Of a stretch of DNA of 64,000 nucleotides, positions 1-9,600 are shown piece after piece. The translations under genes and the position numbers were made by a program. The notes beneath the pieces were generated by a model, which did not search any database, was not told the DNA's origin, and was given only the letters and a program-made list of their open reading frames with translations. Location: the IMG/VR virus record IMGVR_UViG_3300045988_119718, positions 160,001 to 224,000 of that record. One strand, 5' to 3'. The stretch's first letter is position 1. Each line of letters starts with the position of its first letter. Source of the stretch: a virus.

Positions 1-201
1 TCGCCTTTATACGCACCTGATTGAGATTCAGCATCAATATCACATTTAATAACCCTTACTGATTCTGGTGGAATAAAACTAAATGATGTTATACTATCAG
101 TGCTTTCAAACCTACTATCACTAGTTATTTGAGCTGTTGCGGGGCTAGCACTAAATACTACTACCCCCCCCCCGTATAGTTCCTTTTAAAGTTGTTGTCA
201 T
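1..201 (-). pseudogene. 5' portion of a gene running off the window start, with its frame interrupted 9 codons after the start by a G10 homopolymer (C10 on the + strand). Candidate phase-variable or homopolymer-miscalled structural gene
   Basis: GGAGGA-N6-ATG sits at 199-201 on the minus strand. The current frame reads MTTTLKGTIRGGGSSI-stop. Deleting one G opens the frame through to position 1 (at least 67 codons, ...VVVFSASPATAQITSDSRFESTDSITSFSFIPPESVRVIKCDIDAESQSGAYKG). Confidence 0.35.
164..173. repeat. C10/G10 homopolymeric tract
   Basis: Ten consecutive C on the + strand in a genome that is otherwise very AT-rich, lying inside the 5' end of a minus-strand ORF. Confidence 0.9.
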
Positions 202-341
202 AATGATTCCTCCTTTATTATTTATCTATATTTCAATTCTAATAATTCTTTAAAGTCATTACTTCTATAAAGAGTACCAATTACTAAAATAAATGAAATC
301 ATAGCTTTCCAAATAATAGTTTCCATATTACTTCATCCTTT

Positions 342-1742
342 CTATTGCTTATATGGTTTATATCCATTATTGGTCTTAAACCAAATAATCATATCCCCAA
401 TCATATCTTTATAGTTACCATATACTTCTGGGCATTTACAAATCATATCAGAAGGCAAAGATACAGATTCTGGCTTGATATAAGAATTTATATTATCAGA
501 TATAGTTGTAGTACCATCTGTAGTAACTCCACATTTAGCGATACCACCATATACTGTAGCACCAATTACACTACCATTTACAGTCTTACCACCAACTATC
601 TTACCATTGGTGATAGTACACTTCATACTAGTACCACCTTTAGTAATACCATTTTGAATTATATACGGAATATCATTAATCTTACCCGTAGCAGTACCAC
701 CAACTAAAGTTCCTCCAGTAATAGTACCACCATATGCAATATCACCAATTACTATAGCACCAGTAGTAACCATATCTTTGCCAGATCTAGTTCCTCCTAC
801 TACAGTAGATTTCTCTATAACTGGATTGATTACAGTTCCATCATATGCTTTAGAGCCAACTACATTACAATCAGTAGCAACTATAGTAGCATTACAAGAT
901 TCTACTATACATTTAGACATAATGGTTTTAGTACTATCATTACAATCACAAGTACAATTACCCTGACTAATAATAGTGTACTTTTCCATCTTACCACTCA
1001 TTATCTTACCAGTAGTAATAGTGCCTCCAATTACTTTAGCATTTGCTACTGTAATGAAGTTATTTAATGAGTTTACACCAGTAGCACAGCCATCTACAAT
1101 AATACATTGCTTATCATCTGCAACGCCTTTAGTGATAGTACCTGAATAGATATTACCATCTTCATCTATCGTAGCATCAGTAATAACAATAGCGTTTACT
1201 AAGCCTGCTACAGTAACACCACTAGAATGAGCATTAAGAATAGTGCTATCTTCATCAGCATGCTCTACATATGGCTGAATATCTCTAATGTTAGAAGTTC
1301 TAATATCTTCTACTACTGAAGAATAGTTAGTAGAAGCGTCTACTCTAATAATATAATCATTTACTCCAGAACAGCAATCACAAGAGCAATTAGAATTAGA
1401 GTTTACTTTACCAATTTTAGTAATTACTCCTACTAAAGTATTAAGTTCTCCATTAGCTAAGTATTGTACTTTGTATCTTTTTCCTTTTTCTAAAGCGTAA
1501 GTTTTAGACGTTCCATCTGAATAGTCTATAGTAATATCAATAGAATAATTAGCTTTAGCAGATACATTAGTAATCATCAAAGTAGCTCTTTGTAATTTCT
1601 CTACAGCATGATTGATATCATATGGCTGACAACAATCACAATTATGGATATTAGATAAATTATAAGAATTTTGAAATTGCTCAGTATAATGACCACAATA
1701 GGTGTCTAATGGGAATTCACCTTCACTATAATGAATAGGCAT
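342..1742 (-). CDS. Cys-rich glycine-rich beta-helix-like structural protein (tail fibre/spike candidate)
   Basis: 466-aa ORF with AAAGGAGG RBS upstream. Long G/T/I/V-rich runs (GGTITGGTLVGGTATGK, VGGTRSGK) are typical of beta-helical fibres. There are three copies of an N-C-(S/T)-C-D-C motif (NCDCCQ, NCSCDCCSG, NCTCDCND). Confidence 0.6.
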   Translation of the reverse strand: MPIHYSEGEFPLDTYCGHYTEQFQNSYNLSNIHNCDCCQPYDINHAVEKLQRATLMITNVSAKANYSIDITIDYSDGTSKTYALEKGKRYKVQYLANGELNTLVGVITKIGKVNSNSNCSCDCCSGVNDYIIRVDASTNYSSVVEDIRTSNIRDIQPYVEHADEDSTILNAHSSGVTVAGLVNAIVITDATIDEDGNIYSGTITKGVADDKQCIIVDGCATGVNSLNNFITVANAKVIGGTITTGKIMSGKMEKYTIISQGNCTCDCNDSTKTIMSKCIVESCNATIVATDCNVVGSKAYDGTVINPVIEKSTVVGGTRSGKDMVTTGAIVIGDIAYGGTITGGTLVGGTATGKINDIPYIIQNGITKGGTSMKCTITNGKIVGGKTVNGSVIGATVYGGIAKCGVTTDGTTTISDNINSYIKPESVSLPSDMICKCPEVYGNYKDMIGDMIIWFKTNNGYKPYKQ

Positions 1743-1804
1743 ATGTATACCTCCTTTTTTTAATACATAAATTATTAAAATGTTTTGTTTATTTTGAATA
1801 AGGT

Positions 1805-1838
1805 AAAAAATAAAAGGTCGAAAGACCTTTTATTTTCA
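1805..1838. terminator. Bidirectional intrinsic terminator between two minus-strand genes
   Basis: AAAAGGTC-GAAA-GACCTTTT perfect hairpin flanked by A-run and T-run (1812-1831). Confidence 0.6.
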
Positions 1839-1846
1839 GATGATGA

Positions 1847-2260
1847 TTAGAGGTCATCCTCGTCATCATCATCTCTCCAGTGATTATTGATCGCCTTGGA
1901 ATCTTTAGAATCTGTAGTATGACGAGATTCTTCATCAAAAGGAGGAGCAATATACTCCTTCCAGTTAGCCTCTTCCTGCTCAAAGAAGGAATCATCTTCT
2001 TTGGACTCCAGATAGCGAATCTTCTCGCTTTTCATGATAATCATGCGTTTATCCTCTACAATGCGGTGGATAAATGTCATAATCATATCTGACTCACGGA
2101 TATCGATAATATCGCCATGCAAGAGCATGGCGGAAACAATCTTCTTAAGGAATGTTTCCATATCGGAAACTAAAACCCTTGCACCGGTGTAATCTTTGTA
2201 ATCGATTCTCAAATCGATCAGCCTACACAAATCGGATACACTATTTGCGAATTTCATCAT
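1847..2260 (-). CDS. Small acidic protein (137 aa), remote paralog of 36339..36656
   Basis: ORF with acidic C-terminus (DDDDEDDL) and locally elevated GC. Its upstream leader is nearly identical to that of the 36339..36656 gene. A 6-codon uORF (MINEKQ-stop, 2260-2280) is coupled to the start by a TAATG overlap. Confidence 0.6.
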   Translation of the reverse strand: MMKFANSVSDLCRLIDLRIDYKDYTGARVLVSDMETFLKKIVSAMLLHGDIIDIRESDMIMTFIHRIVEDKRMIIMKSEKIRYLESKEDDSFFEQEEANWKEYIAPPFDEESRHTTDSKDSKAINNHWRDDDDEDDL

Positions 2261-2360
2261 TACTGTTTTTCATTAATCATGATTTGTCCTCCTTATAGAC
2301 AAAATGACTAGAGTTTATTTTCTCTAGTAACATAGTGAATTGGTAGATGTATTTCTACCA
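2261..2360 (-). promoter_or_regulatory. Conserved 5' leader (copy A): RBS block TGTCTATAAGGAGGACAAA plus two hairpins (CTAGAG...CTCTAG, GGTAGA...TCTACC)
   Basis: About 30 nt are identical to 36657-36690. The hairpin stems differ in sequence but keep their pairing when compared with copy B. Confidence 0.55.
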
Positions 2361-2418
2361 CGACTCACTATTATAATATATAACTATATATAACTAAGTA
2401 TTTTAGGAATTACAAAGT

Positions 2419-2446
2419 ATACTCTACCTTATATAAGGTAGAGTAT
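2419..2446. promoter_or_regulatory. 28-nt perfect palindrome ATACTCTACCTTATATAAGGTAGAGTAT (copy A)
   Basis: The core TACCTTATATAAGGTA is shared with the palindrome at 36778-36803. The flanks differ but remain palindromic. Confidence 0.55.
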
Positions 2447-2614
2447 ATTAAAAAGATATTAGTAAACGAATATTCAATTATATAATATTACAATGAGATA
2501 GTATAAATAGAAGTTAGAAATCTGAAGTTGGAGTTTTTATTTATACATATCTCGTACATATTTGTTTTCCTTTCTTGTATCAACAGTCTTTGTTTCTGCT
2601 GATACAGAGCACGC

Positions 2615-2685
2615 ATATATCTCACTATACCTAATATGGTATAGTGAGATATATTTTACATATTTTATTTTTTCTCTTTTTCTAA
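2615..2685 (+). terminator. Strong plus-strand intrinsic terminator with no plus-strand gene upstream (possible sRNA 3' end)
   Basis: 17-bp perfect stem ATATATCTCACTATACC / GGTATAGTGAGATATAT with loop TAATAT, followed by TTTACATATTTTATTTTTTCTCTTTTTC. There is no U-tract on the minus-strand side. Confidence 0.5.
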
Positions 2686-3489
2686 ATATTCTTTTACTTT
2701 ATCATAGTAATAGTCTTTATTTAAAAATGCTTTCTTAAATTCTTCTAAAGACCCAAATAGTTCTTGTAAATCTCTTCTGTTATCATATAAGTATTTTATC
2801 AAGTTCATATGTCTATCATAAAGTTTAGGATAATGCTGTTTTATTTTTTCTAAGTTTTCAGCAGTATTATATTGAATTGGACATATTAAGCAAGATCTAG
2901 TGAATCCTAAAGTATCATAATCTTTATTAAGCTTTATATTATTTTCCTTAATATACTCATAGCAGTCTTCATCTGTCCAATTAAATATAGGAGAAATTAT
3001 TTTTTTATTTCCTTCTTTTATGGTAATTGCAGATTTAACCCAAGTCTTAGTATTGTATAAATCGTCTTTTCTAACACCAGTGAAAAATATATCATATTTT
3101 TTTAATACTTTTGTTGTTGTTTGCCGTTTATATGAGCAGCAAGATAATAAAAATTTACTATTTATAATATTATTATCTTTGTATAATTTTTTGATATAAG
3201 AAGATAAAGCAAAACATTTATTTTCTTTCATATACTTTTCAGCATCTATACCAATAATAGTTACATCAGGTCTAGATTTAAGATAATCTAATATACCATC
3301 ATCTTCAAACCCAGTAGCAATATAATATTGATAAATAAAATCTCTTACTTTTAATTCTTTTAATAAATTATCGACGATTACACTATCTTTACCACAAGAA
3401 AATAGAAAACATGCATTATCGTCTTTAGAGTAATTATCTAAAATTATTTGTTTAGATTCTTTTATTTTTTCTTCTAGTTGATTAGTCAT
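2665..3489 (-). CDS. PAPS-reductase-like PP-loop ATP pyrophosphatase family protein
   Basis: FLFSCGKDS matches the SGGKDS PP-loop of the PAPS reductase/DndC-like family. There is a C-terminal CxxC. Confidence 0.55.
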   Translation of the reverse strand: MTNQLEEKIKESKQIILDNYSKDDNACFLFSCGKDSVIVDNLLKELKVRDFIYQYYIATGFEDDGILDYLKSRPDVTIIGIDAEKYMKENKCFALSSYIKKLYKDNNIINSKFLLSCCSYKRQTTTKVLKKYDIFFTGVRKDDLYNTKTWVKSAITIKEGNKKIISPIFNWTDEDCYEYIKENNIKLNKDYDTLGFTRSCLICPIQYNTAENLEKIKQHYPKLYDRHMNLIKYLYDNRRDLQELFGSLEEFKKAFLNKDYYYDKVKEYLEKEKK

Positions 3490-3504
3490 TCCGATTACCT
3501 TCTC

Positions 3505-6500
3505 TTATGTAATATTTTCTGTACCCGATGTTCCGGCATCTTTACCGCCGCCAAGGATATACCATGAAGCAACTACATTAGCAACTTTAACTGTTATGTC
3601 TTCGGTTAAAGTGTATGTAATATCAGATGTTGCATAGAAATACTTTACACTTTTATCTAAATTAGTAATAGTACATGGGATTTTAGTATCATTTATATAC
3701 ATATCGATAGTTTCAATACTGTCATATCCATTATCATCAGTTGGGGTTAATTTAAATCGTACTCTATATAATCTCCCATAACCCCATTTACTAGTTTGAT
3801 ATTCACTCTTATCAATTAATACATATAATGCAGCATCTGTATTGGTTAATTGAATTACATTTATAGTATATAAAATACCATCAGCAGATCCAGCATATAC
3901 TTCATCGTCTGATAATAGTATACCACTAGTTTTATTTAAAGTACCGGCATTATAACCTACATCAGGTTTAATACCTGCTGTCCATTTAGTACCATAATCT
4001 AATTTAACTGAAGAGGTATAAATTTTACCATTAGCCATTACAGCGATAGTTTGATGCTCAGACTGAGTAATAGTTAAAGTGAATTGCTTTATAGTAGCAG
4101 CTGTAGCACTAATACTGTCATTACCTGTTAAAGTACCACTAGTTTTATTTAAAGTACCAGCATTATAGCCTTCTGCTGGTTCTATAGCTACAGTATAAGT
4201 AGTTCCATATGGTAAAGCTACAGTATTGGTATATTTATTACCATTAGCTGTAACAGTAATAGTCTGATGCTCAGATTGAGCTATTGTAAGAGTACATTCA
4301 ATCTTCTTAGCTGCTGATTGAGCATAGATATATGTATCGCTAGTTAAAGTACCACTAGGTAAGTTTACCTCTCCAGCAGTGTATCCTGTTACACCTTCTG
4401 TATATGCTACCCATGTAGAACCATATGGGAAAGATTTAGTACCAGTTGTCCAAGTAATAACATGATTAATATCATCTGGATAAGTACATGTTACTGTAGT
4501 TATAGTATTTTCTGTCTGTTTTATAATTATTCTATAATTGATCTTATTAGCAGCACTAGTAGCATATACCGAATCATCTCCAGTTATAGTACCACTAGCC
4601 TTATTTAAAGTACCAGCGGTATAACCAGTATCTGCTGTAATAGTAGCAGTCCATTTAGTCCCATATGGCAAAGATACACTATTAGTATAAGTTTTACCAT
4701 TAGCATGAACTATGATAGTCTGATGTTCAGATTGAGTAATAGTTAAAGTAAATTGCTTTATAGTAGCAGGACTAGCACTTATAGAATCATTGCCAGTTAT
4801 AGTGTCACTAGTTTTAGACAAAGTACCAGCAGTATAACCAGTATCTGCTGTAATAGTAGCAGTCCATTTAGTCCCATATGGCAAAGATACACTATTAGTA
4901 TAAGTTTTACCATTAGCATGAACTGTGATAGTTTGATGATTACTTTGGTTAATACTAAGAATATAACCATAAGCTGTAGCATTAGTAGCTGAAATAGTAT
5001 GGTTACTATTGATATCGTTTATTTCAAAAGAATTATATAGTTTACCATCAAGTGTTATATATCCGCTTTTATATCCAATAGATGGAGTTATCTTTATATC
5101 GAGAGAATCTCCTTCTGTAGTCTCAAATGTGCTGGTATAATTTTGGTTATTTAATCTTGAATATACGGTAATAGTCTGATTGCTGGTCTGATTAATAGTA
5201 ATAGTATATTTCTTTTTAGCTATATATGTAGCTTCTGTAGCAAATATTGTATAATCCTGACTAATGTTATTAATAGAAGTATAATTCAATTTACCTGCTG
5301 CATAATTAGAATTAGTAGATACAATAGTACAAGTTATACTATCTCCTGACTCTACTTTAAAGCTATTAGTATATATAATACCATTATGGTATACTCTTAT
5401 TATTTGATTTTCTGATTGTTGTATAGTAATAGTATGGGTTCTTAAAGACGGTGGAACTATACCATTTTTATCATGTACATAATCATAGCTATTTTTATCA
5501 TCTATATCTTTAAATCCAGATTTAGTAGTACCAGCAAATGGTAAATAATATAAATCTTCCTTATTATTATGATCAAGATTAACTAATAAATGCGGTTCTG
5601 TAAGATACCAATCGTCATCATCATAGTCTGACAACGGTGTTATTTCCTTATTACCATCTAAATATTGTAAATAAAATACACCATCATTTATCTTATGTGC
5701 TGGTGTTATCTTGATTTCACTATCTTCTTTTAAGATAAAACTTCTTTTTATAGGAATATTAGAATCTATATCCACTGGTGGATATATCAATCTTCCTGGT
5801 ACATAAGTATTATCTTTAGGTGTAATAGTTATTCTGTATTCTGTAAGATAATCTAAACTTACAGCACTAGTATAAGTAGTTCCATTAGCTATTACTCTAA
5901 CGGCTTCATTATCCATTGTAGGTATAGTTATTTTATATTTCTTTTTAGTAGCATTAGTGCAAGTTATATTTAAACTAAAATCATTACTATTAACTAACGT
6001 ATTAGAGGCATTTAGCTTATACATAGTTAATTCAGTATGGTTAGAAGTGCCTTTATTATACCCATATATAGGATTGATTTCTATGCTGTATTCAGTATCA
6101 TAAGTAACATAAAAAGATTTACTTTTATTACCAGATTTCTGTATCGTATACATAGAATAAAAAGTTAAAGTTTGATTAATAGTAGCCGGTAAAGTAATTT
6201 TACACATCTTAGGTTCTGCATCTTTATCTACAGACAAATGTTTATTCTTATACATTATACCACTAGTAGAATTTAATGCTCCTTTGATGGTATAACCAGT
6301 ATCTGCTACTATTTCAGCATCAAATCTATCACCTATCTTACATTTAATGATTCTAGTATTTTCGTATACAGTTTCATTATTTATAGTAACTTTAATATGC
6401 TGATGATTATATTGATCTATTAATATATATAATGCATTGTTTATACTTTCACTAGCATATATAGAAATATCACTTTCTAGTATTCCATGTTCTTTATTTA

Positions 6501-6612
6501 ATCGACCTGATATATAGCCTTCATCTGCTTCTATAGAAGCAGACCATTCTGTCTTATTAGGTCGCTTTTGTGAGGAAGTATATTTTGAATGATCGCTCAT
6601 TTTACCCTCCAT
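3505..6612 (-). CDS. Giant structural protein with tandem Ig-like repeats (tail fibre/adhesin candidate)
   Basis: 1035 aa containing at least 10 copies of an ~80-aa module (..TITQSEHQTIxVxANGKTYTNSVSLPYGTKWTATITADTGYTAGTL..). Several copies are nearly identical at the DNA level. Confidence 0.65.
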   Translation of the reverse strand: MEGKMSDHSKYTSSQKRPNKTEWSASIEADEGYISGRLNKEHGILESDISIYASESINNALYILIDQYNHQHIKVTINNETVYENTRIIKCKIGDRFDAEIVADTGYTIKGALNSTSGIMYKNKHLSVDKDAEPKMCKITLPATINQTLTFYSMYTIQKSGNKSKSFYVTYDTEYSIEINPIYGYNKGTSNHTELTMYKLNASNTLVNSNDFSLNITCTNATKKKYKITIPTMDNEAVRVIANGTTYTSAVSLDYLTEYRITITPKDNTYVPGRLIYPPVDIDSNIPIKRSFILKEDSEIKITPAHKINDGVFYLQYLDGNKEITPLSDYDDDDWYLTEPHLLVNLDHNNKEDLYYLPFAGTTKSGFKDIDDKNSYDYVHDKNGIVPPSLRTHTITIQQSENQIIRVYHNGIIYTNSFKVESGDSITCTIVSTNSNYAAGKLNYTSINNISQDYTIFATEATYIAKKKYTITINQTSNQTITVYSRLNNQNYTSTFETTEGDSLDIKITPSIGYKSGYITLDGKLYNSFEINDINSNHTISATNATAYGYILSINQSNHQTITVHANGKTYTNSVSLPYGTKWTATITADTGYTAGTLSKTSDTITGNDSISASPATIKQFTLTITQSEHQTIIVHANGKTYTNSVSLPYGTKWTATITADTGYTAGTLNKASGTITGDDSVYATSAANKINYRIIIKQTENTITTVTCTYPDDINHVITWTTGTKSFPYGSTWVAYTEGVTGYTAGEVNLPSGTLTSDTYIYAQSAAKKIECTLTIAQSEHQTITVTANGNKYTNTVALPYGTTYTVAIEPAEGYNAGTLNKTSGTLTGNDSISATAATIKQFTLTITQSEHQTIAVMANGKIYTSSVKLDYGTKWTAGIKPDVGYNAGTLNKTSGILLSDDEVYAGSADGILYTINVIQLTNTDAALYVLIDKSEYQTSKWGYGRLYRVRFKLTPTDDNGYDSIETIDMYINDTKIPCTITNLDKSVKYFYATSDITYTLTEDITVKVANVVASWYILGGGKDAGTSGTENIT
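3970..4990. repeat. Intragenic tandem repeats of ~240 bp encoding Ig-like modules, about 4 copies, some near-identical
   Basis: For example, 4660-4740 and 4860-4925 share long identical strings (agtccatttagtcccatatggcaaagatacactattagtataagttttaccattagcatgaac). Confidence 0.7.
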
Positions 6613-6664
6613 TTAAAAATTATTACACATACCATTTACTGGTATGTGCAATAATACAAATATT

Positions 6665-9600
6665 TTATTTATAAGCAGAAGTTGCTCTAATAACCATATT
6701 ATCAGAAATAATACCAAATGTAGATACACCAATTATAGTGCCAGTCTTATAACCTTCGTTAGCTACTACGGAAATCATATACTCTAAGCCACCTTCGCAT
6801 TCAAAGCTGGATGTATGCGTTGTTCCATTGACAATAACTTGGATAGTCTGATTAGCACTTTGTTCAATCGTAATATTATACTTTCTAACTGTAGCTGCTG
6901 TAGCTGTAAATGTAGTATCAGCTTCAACAGATGGAACCTCTGTGATATTAAGCGTACCACAGTTATAGCTATCATTTGTAGGCTCAACTGTAGCTCTAAG
7001 ATGCGATTGAGCAAATGCTTTGAAGCTATCGAGATGGTCAATATTATCAGCCTCATCTGCAAATACTTCGGTAACAATAATACGCTGATTATCATACTTA
7101 GTAATAGTGATATTGTACTTATGGACTTCAACATTTGTAGCTTCAATAGTAATATCACTGGTTACTGTAGTAGAAGTTATATTCAGCTTACCAGCATCAA
7201 AGAATTTCGCTGTAGATCTAATACTTGCTGTAATAGCAGCACCATACGGAACAGTAAAGTCACTAGTGTATTCAGTACCATTGTAGGCAACAGTAATAAG
7301 CTGATTATTGGTCTGATTGATAGTAATATTAAACATTGCAGTGCTAGCTTCTGTTGTTGTAATTTCAATAGTAGTACCAACACCATCTGTAGATATACTA
7401 TCGTCAATTAAACCACTCATAGGAATATTCAATGTACCATTACTATATCCAGCATCAGCTACTAGTTCTACACTATATTCACTATCATACTGTACATCGG
7501 CTAATGTAATACTTGTATTAGGTTTAACCGTAGTTACTTTACCTTCATTAGTAAAGATTATGGTCTGATGTGCAGGTGCAGTAATAGTAACATTAAATGC
7601 CTTTGGCGTTGCATCACTGCATACAATTTGGGTATCCTCATTAATTATATAAGTATCTTTTAATGGTCTACCTGCTGCATACCCAGTATCTGCTACAACT
7701 CTTACATTTACTTCAGCATGAATAGGAACCTCAAAATCTTCAAAGTAATCTTTAAACTGATAAGTAGCAATTATAGTTTGGTGTTCAGTTTCAGCAAAAT
7801 ATACGGTAAAATATTTCAAAGTAGGTTTAGTTGCAGTAATAGTAATATGGTTATCTGTATCCATAATACTATCACTAAGTATACCACTCTTTTTAATATT
7901 TAATGTACCAGCATTATAATCGCTATGAGTACTTAGATAAACTACATATTTACTATTATAATCCTTAATTACCGTTTTAGTTTGGTTACTACCAACTGTT
8001 ACAGTTTCATCATCAAAGATTACTCTGATAGTAGTATTATCAGGTGCTTTAATATCAACAGTAACTTTCTTAGCTATAGGTTTTACAGCAGAAATCACTA
8101 TAGTATCTTCTTTTACTACAGCTGTAGTTTTAAGAGAAGTTAATGTAGTTCCATTTAATATTAAATTACCTGCAATATAACCATTATCAGCATAAGTTTC
8201 AAATTCTATATAAGAACCTGTCATAGCTTCAAACGATTTATCAATATATACTTTATCACCGTTAATGGCTTTAATATGAGCATGTTCTGGAACTATAACT
8301 TGGATAAATTGTGTTATAGGAGTAGCATCAGTAGCATATATATGCATATCATCATTCTCAGCTCTACCATATCTCATATTTAAATTACCTTCATTATAGT
8401 TTTCATCTGGTATTAAGTATGCAAAGAACTCTTCACCATATTTAAGAGTAAATTCAATATAATCAGTATTAAAATCTGTATCTAAGAATTTACTAAATTC
8501 AGTTACTTCTCTAGTATTCTTATCTTCTAATGTAAACCCAGATAAATCTTTACCTTCAAAGATAATAAATCTAGACATATCTATTGCATTATCTTTATTA
8601 AGTATAAAACTACCATAGGTTTGTAAATTAGGATTTTTCTTATAAGAATAATAATAAGTGATTAAACTTTCTTCACTAGTAGCTTTATCTTTAGCTAATA
8701 ATTCACCATGATAAATATTAGTAGAGTAAGTTTGACCAGTACTTGTTACTATAAAGATAGTCTGATTCTTAGTTACATCTACTCTAACTTTAATAATATT
8801 TGTAGTTGGTAAATTATTCTTCTTAGCATAATCCAAATACTTTTCGTTAATAGAATCTTCTATAGTAGTATCAAAATGAATGTGTTCTTTAAACCCAATA
8901 CTATCCGTGTAGTGTGTAAATACTTGCATTTCACTTCTTATACTATCAAGAGGATTTATACATTCATATTTATTTAATTCTACAAAGTTATCTTTTACAT
9001 CTACATATCTTAAAGTATTAAGCATTGGGTCTTTAGCATTAAATACTATATAATCCCCTTTGCTTCTCAATACTACTTTATATGACTTAAAGAAATTAAT
9101 TATAGTATATAGCATATCTAAGAATGCATTGCCACTTACTCCAGGTAAATGGTCAAATATATTCTGGAATTCTTTTAAATTCAAATACTCTTCCAATATA
9201 TATACTACATCAGAAATTCTATCTACAATAGCTTCATTTCTAGTTTCTTTATCAGTAATGTACTTTAGCCTCATATAATCATTATAAAGTTCAGTATCTT
9301 TATACTTTAAGAACTCAGTTAATGATTTAGCTATTCTAGTAGTACCATTCTCTTTAATATGATAATAATCAAATGTCTGTTTATAGGTCATCAAGGTATC
9401 AAATATCTTTTTCCAAATTTTAAAGATATCATAGTCTTGGGATTTATAAATACTTCTAACTATGAAGTTATAGATATCTCTATTAGTGACTTTACCATTG
9501 ACTAATTTACCAGTACTAAACATATCTGCTATTTCTTTAAGAGAATTAAATACATTATTTTCTCCTGGTTTAATATCAAAATCCCAAATCTTTTTAGTTC

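Noticed and set aside
222-326. 34-codon minus-strand ORF (METIIWKAMISFILVIGTLYRSNDFKELLELKYR)
   Set aside because: Weak RBS, no conservation evidence and length near chance in AT-rich sequence. Left unannotated.
345-2092. ORFs 345..707+, 778..966+, 1789..1995-, 1880..2092+
   Set aside because: They overlap better-supported genes on the other strand or the terminator. No RBS.
4753-7568. Opposite-strand or overlapping ORFs inside the giant genes (4753..4992+, 4797..4982-, 6784..7158-, 6815..7411+, 7183..7407-, 7317..7568+)
   Set aside because: Low-complexity translations of repeat DNA, fully embedded in long well-supported ORFs, with no RBS.
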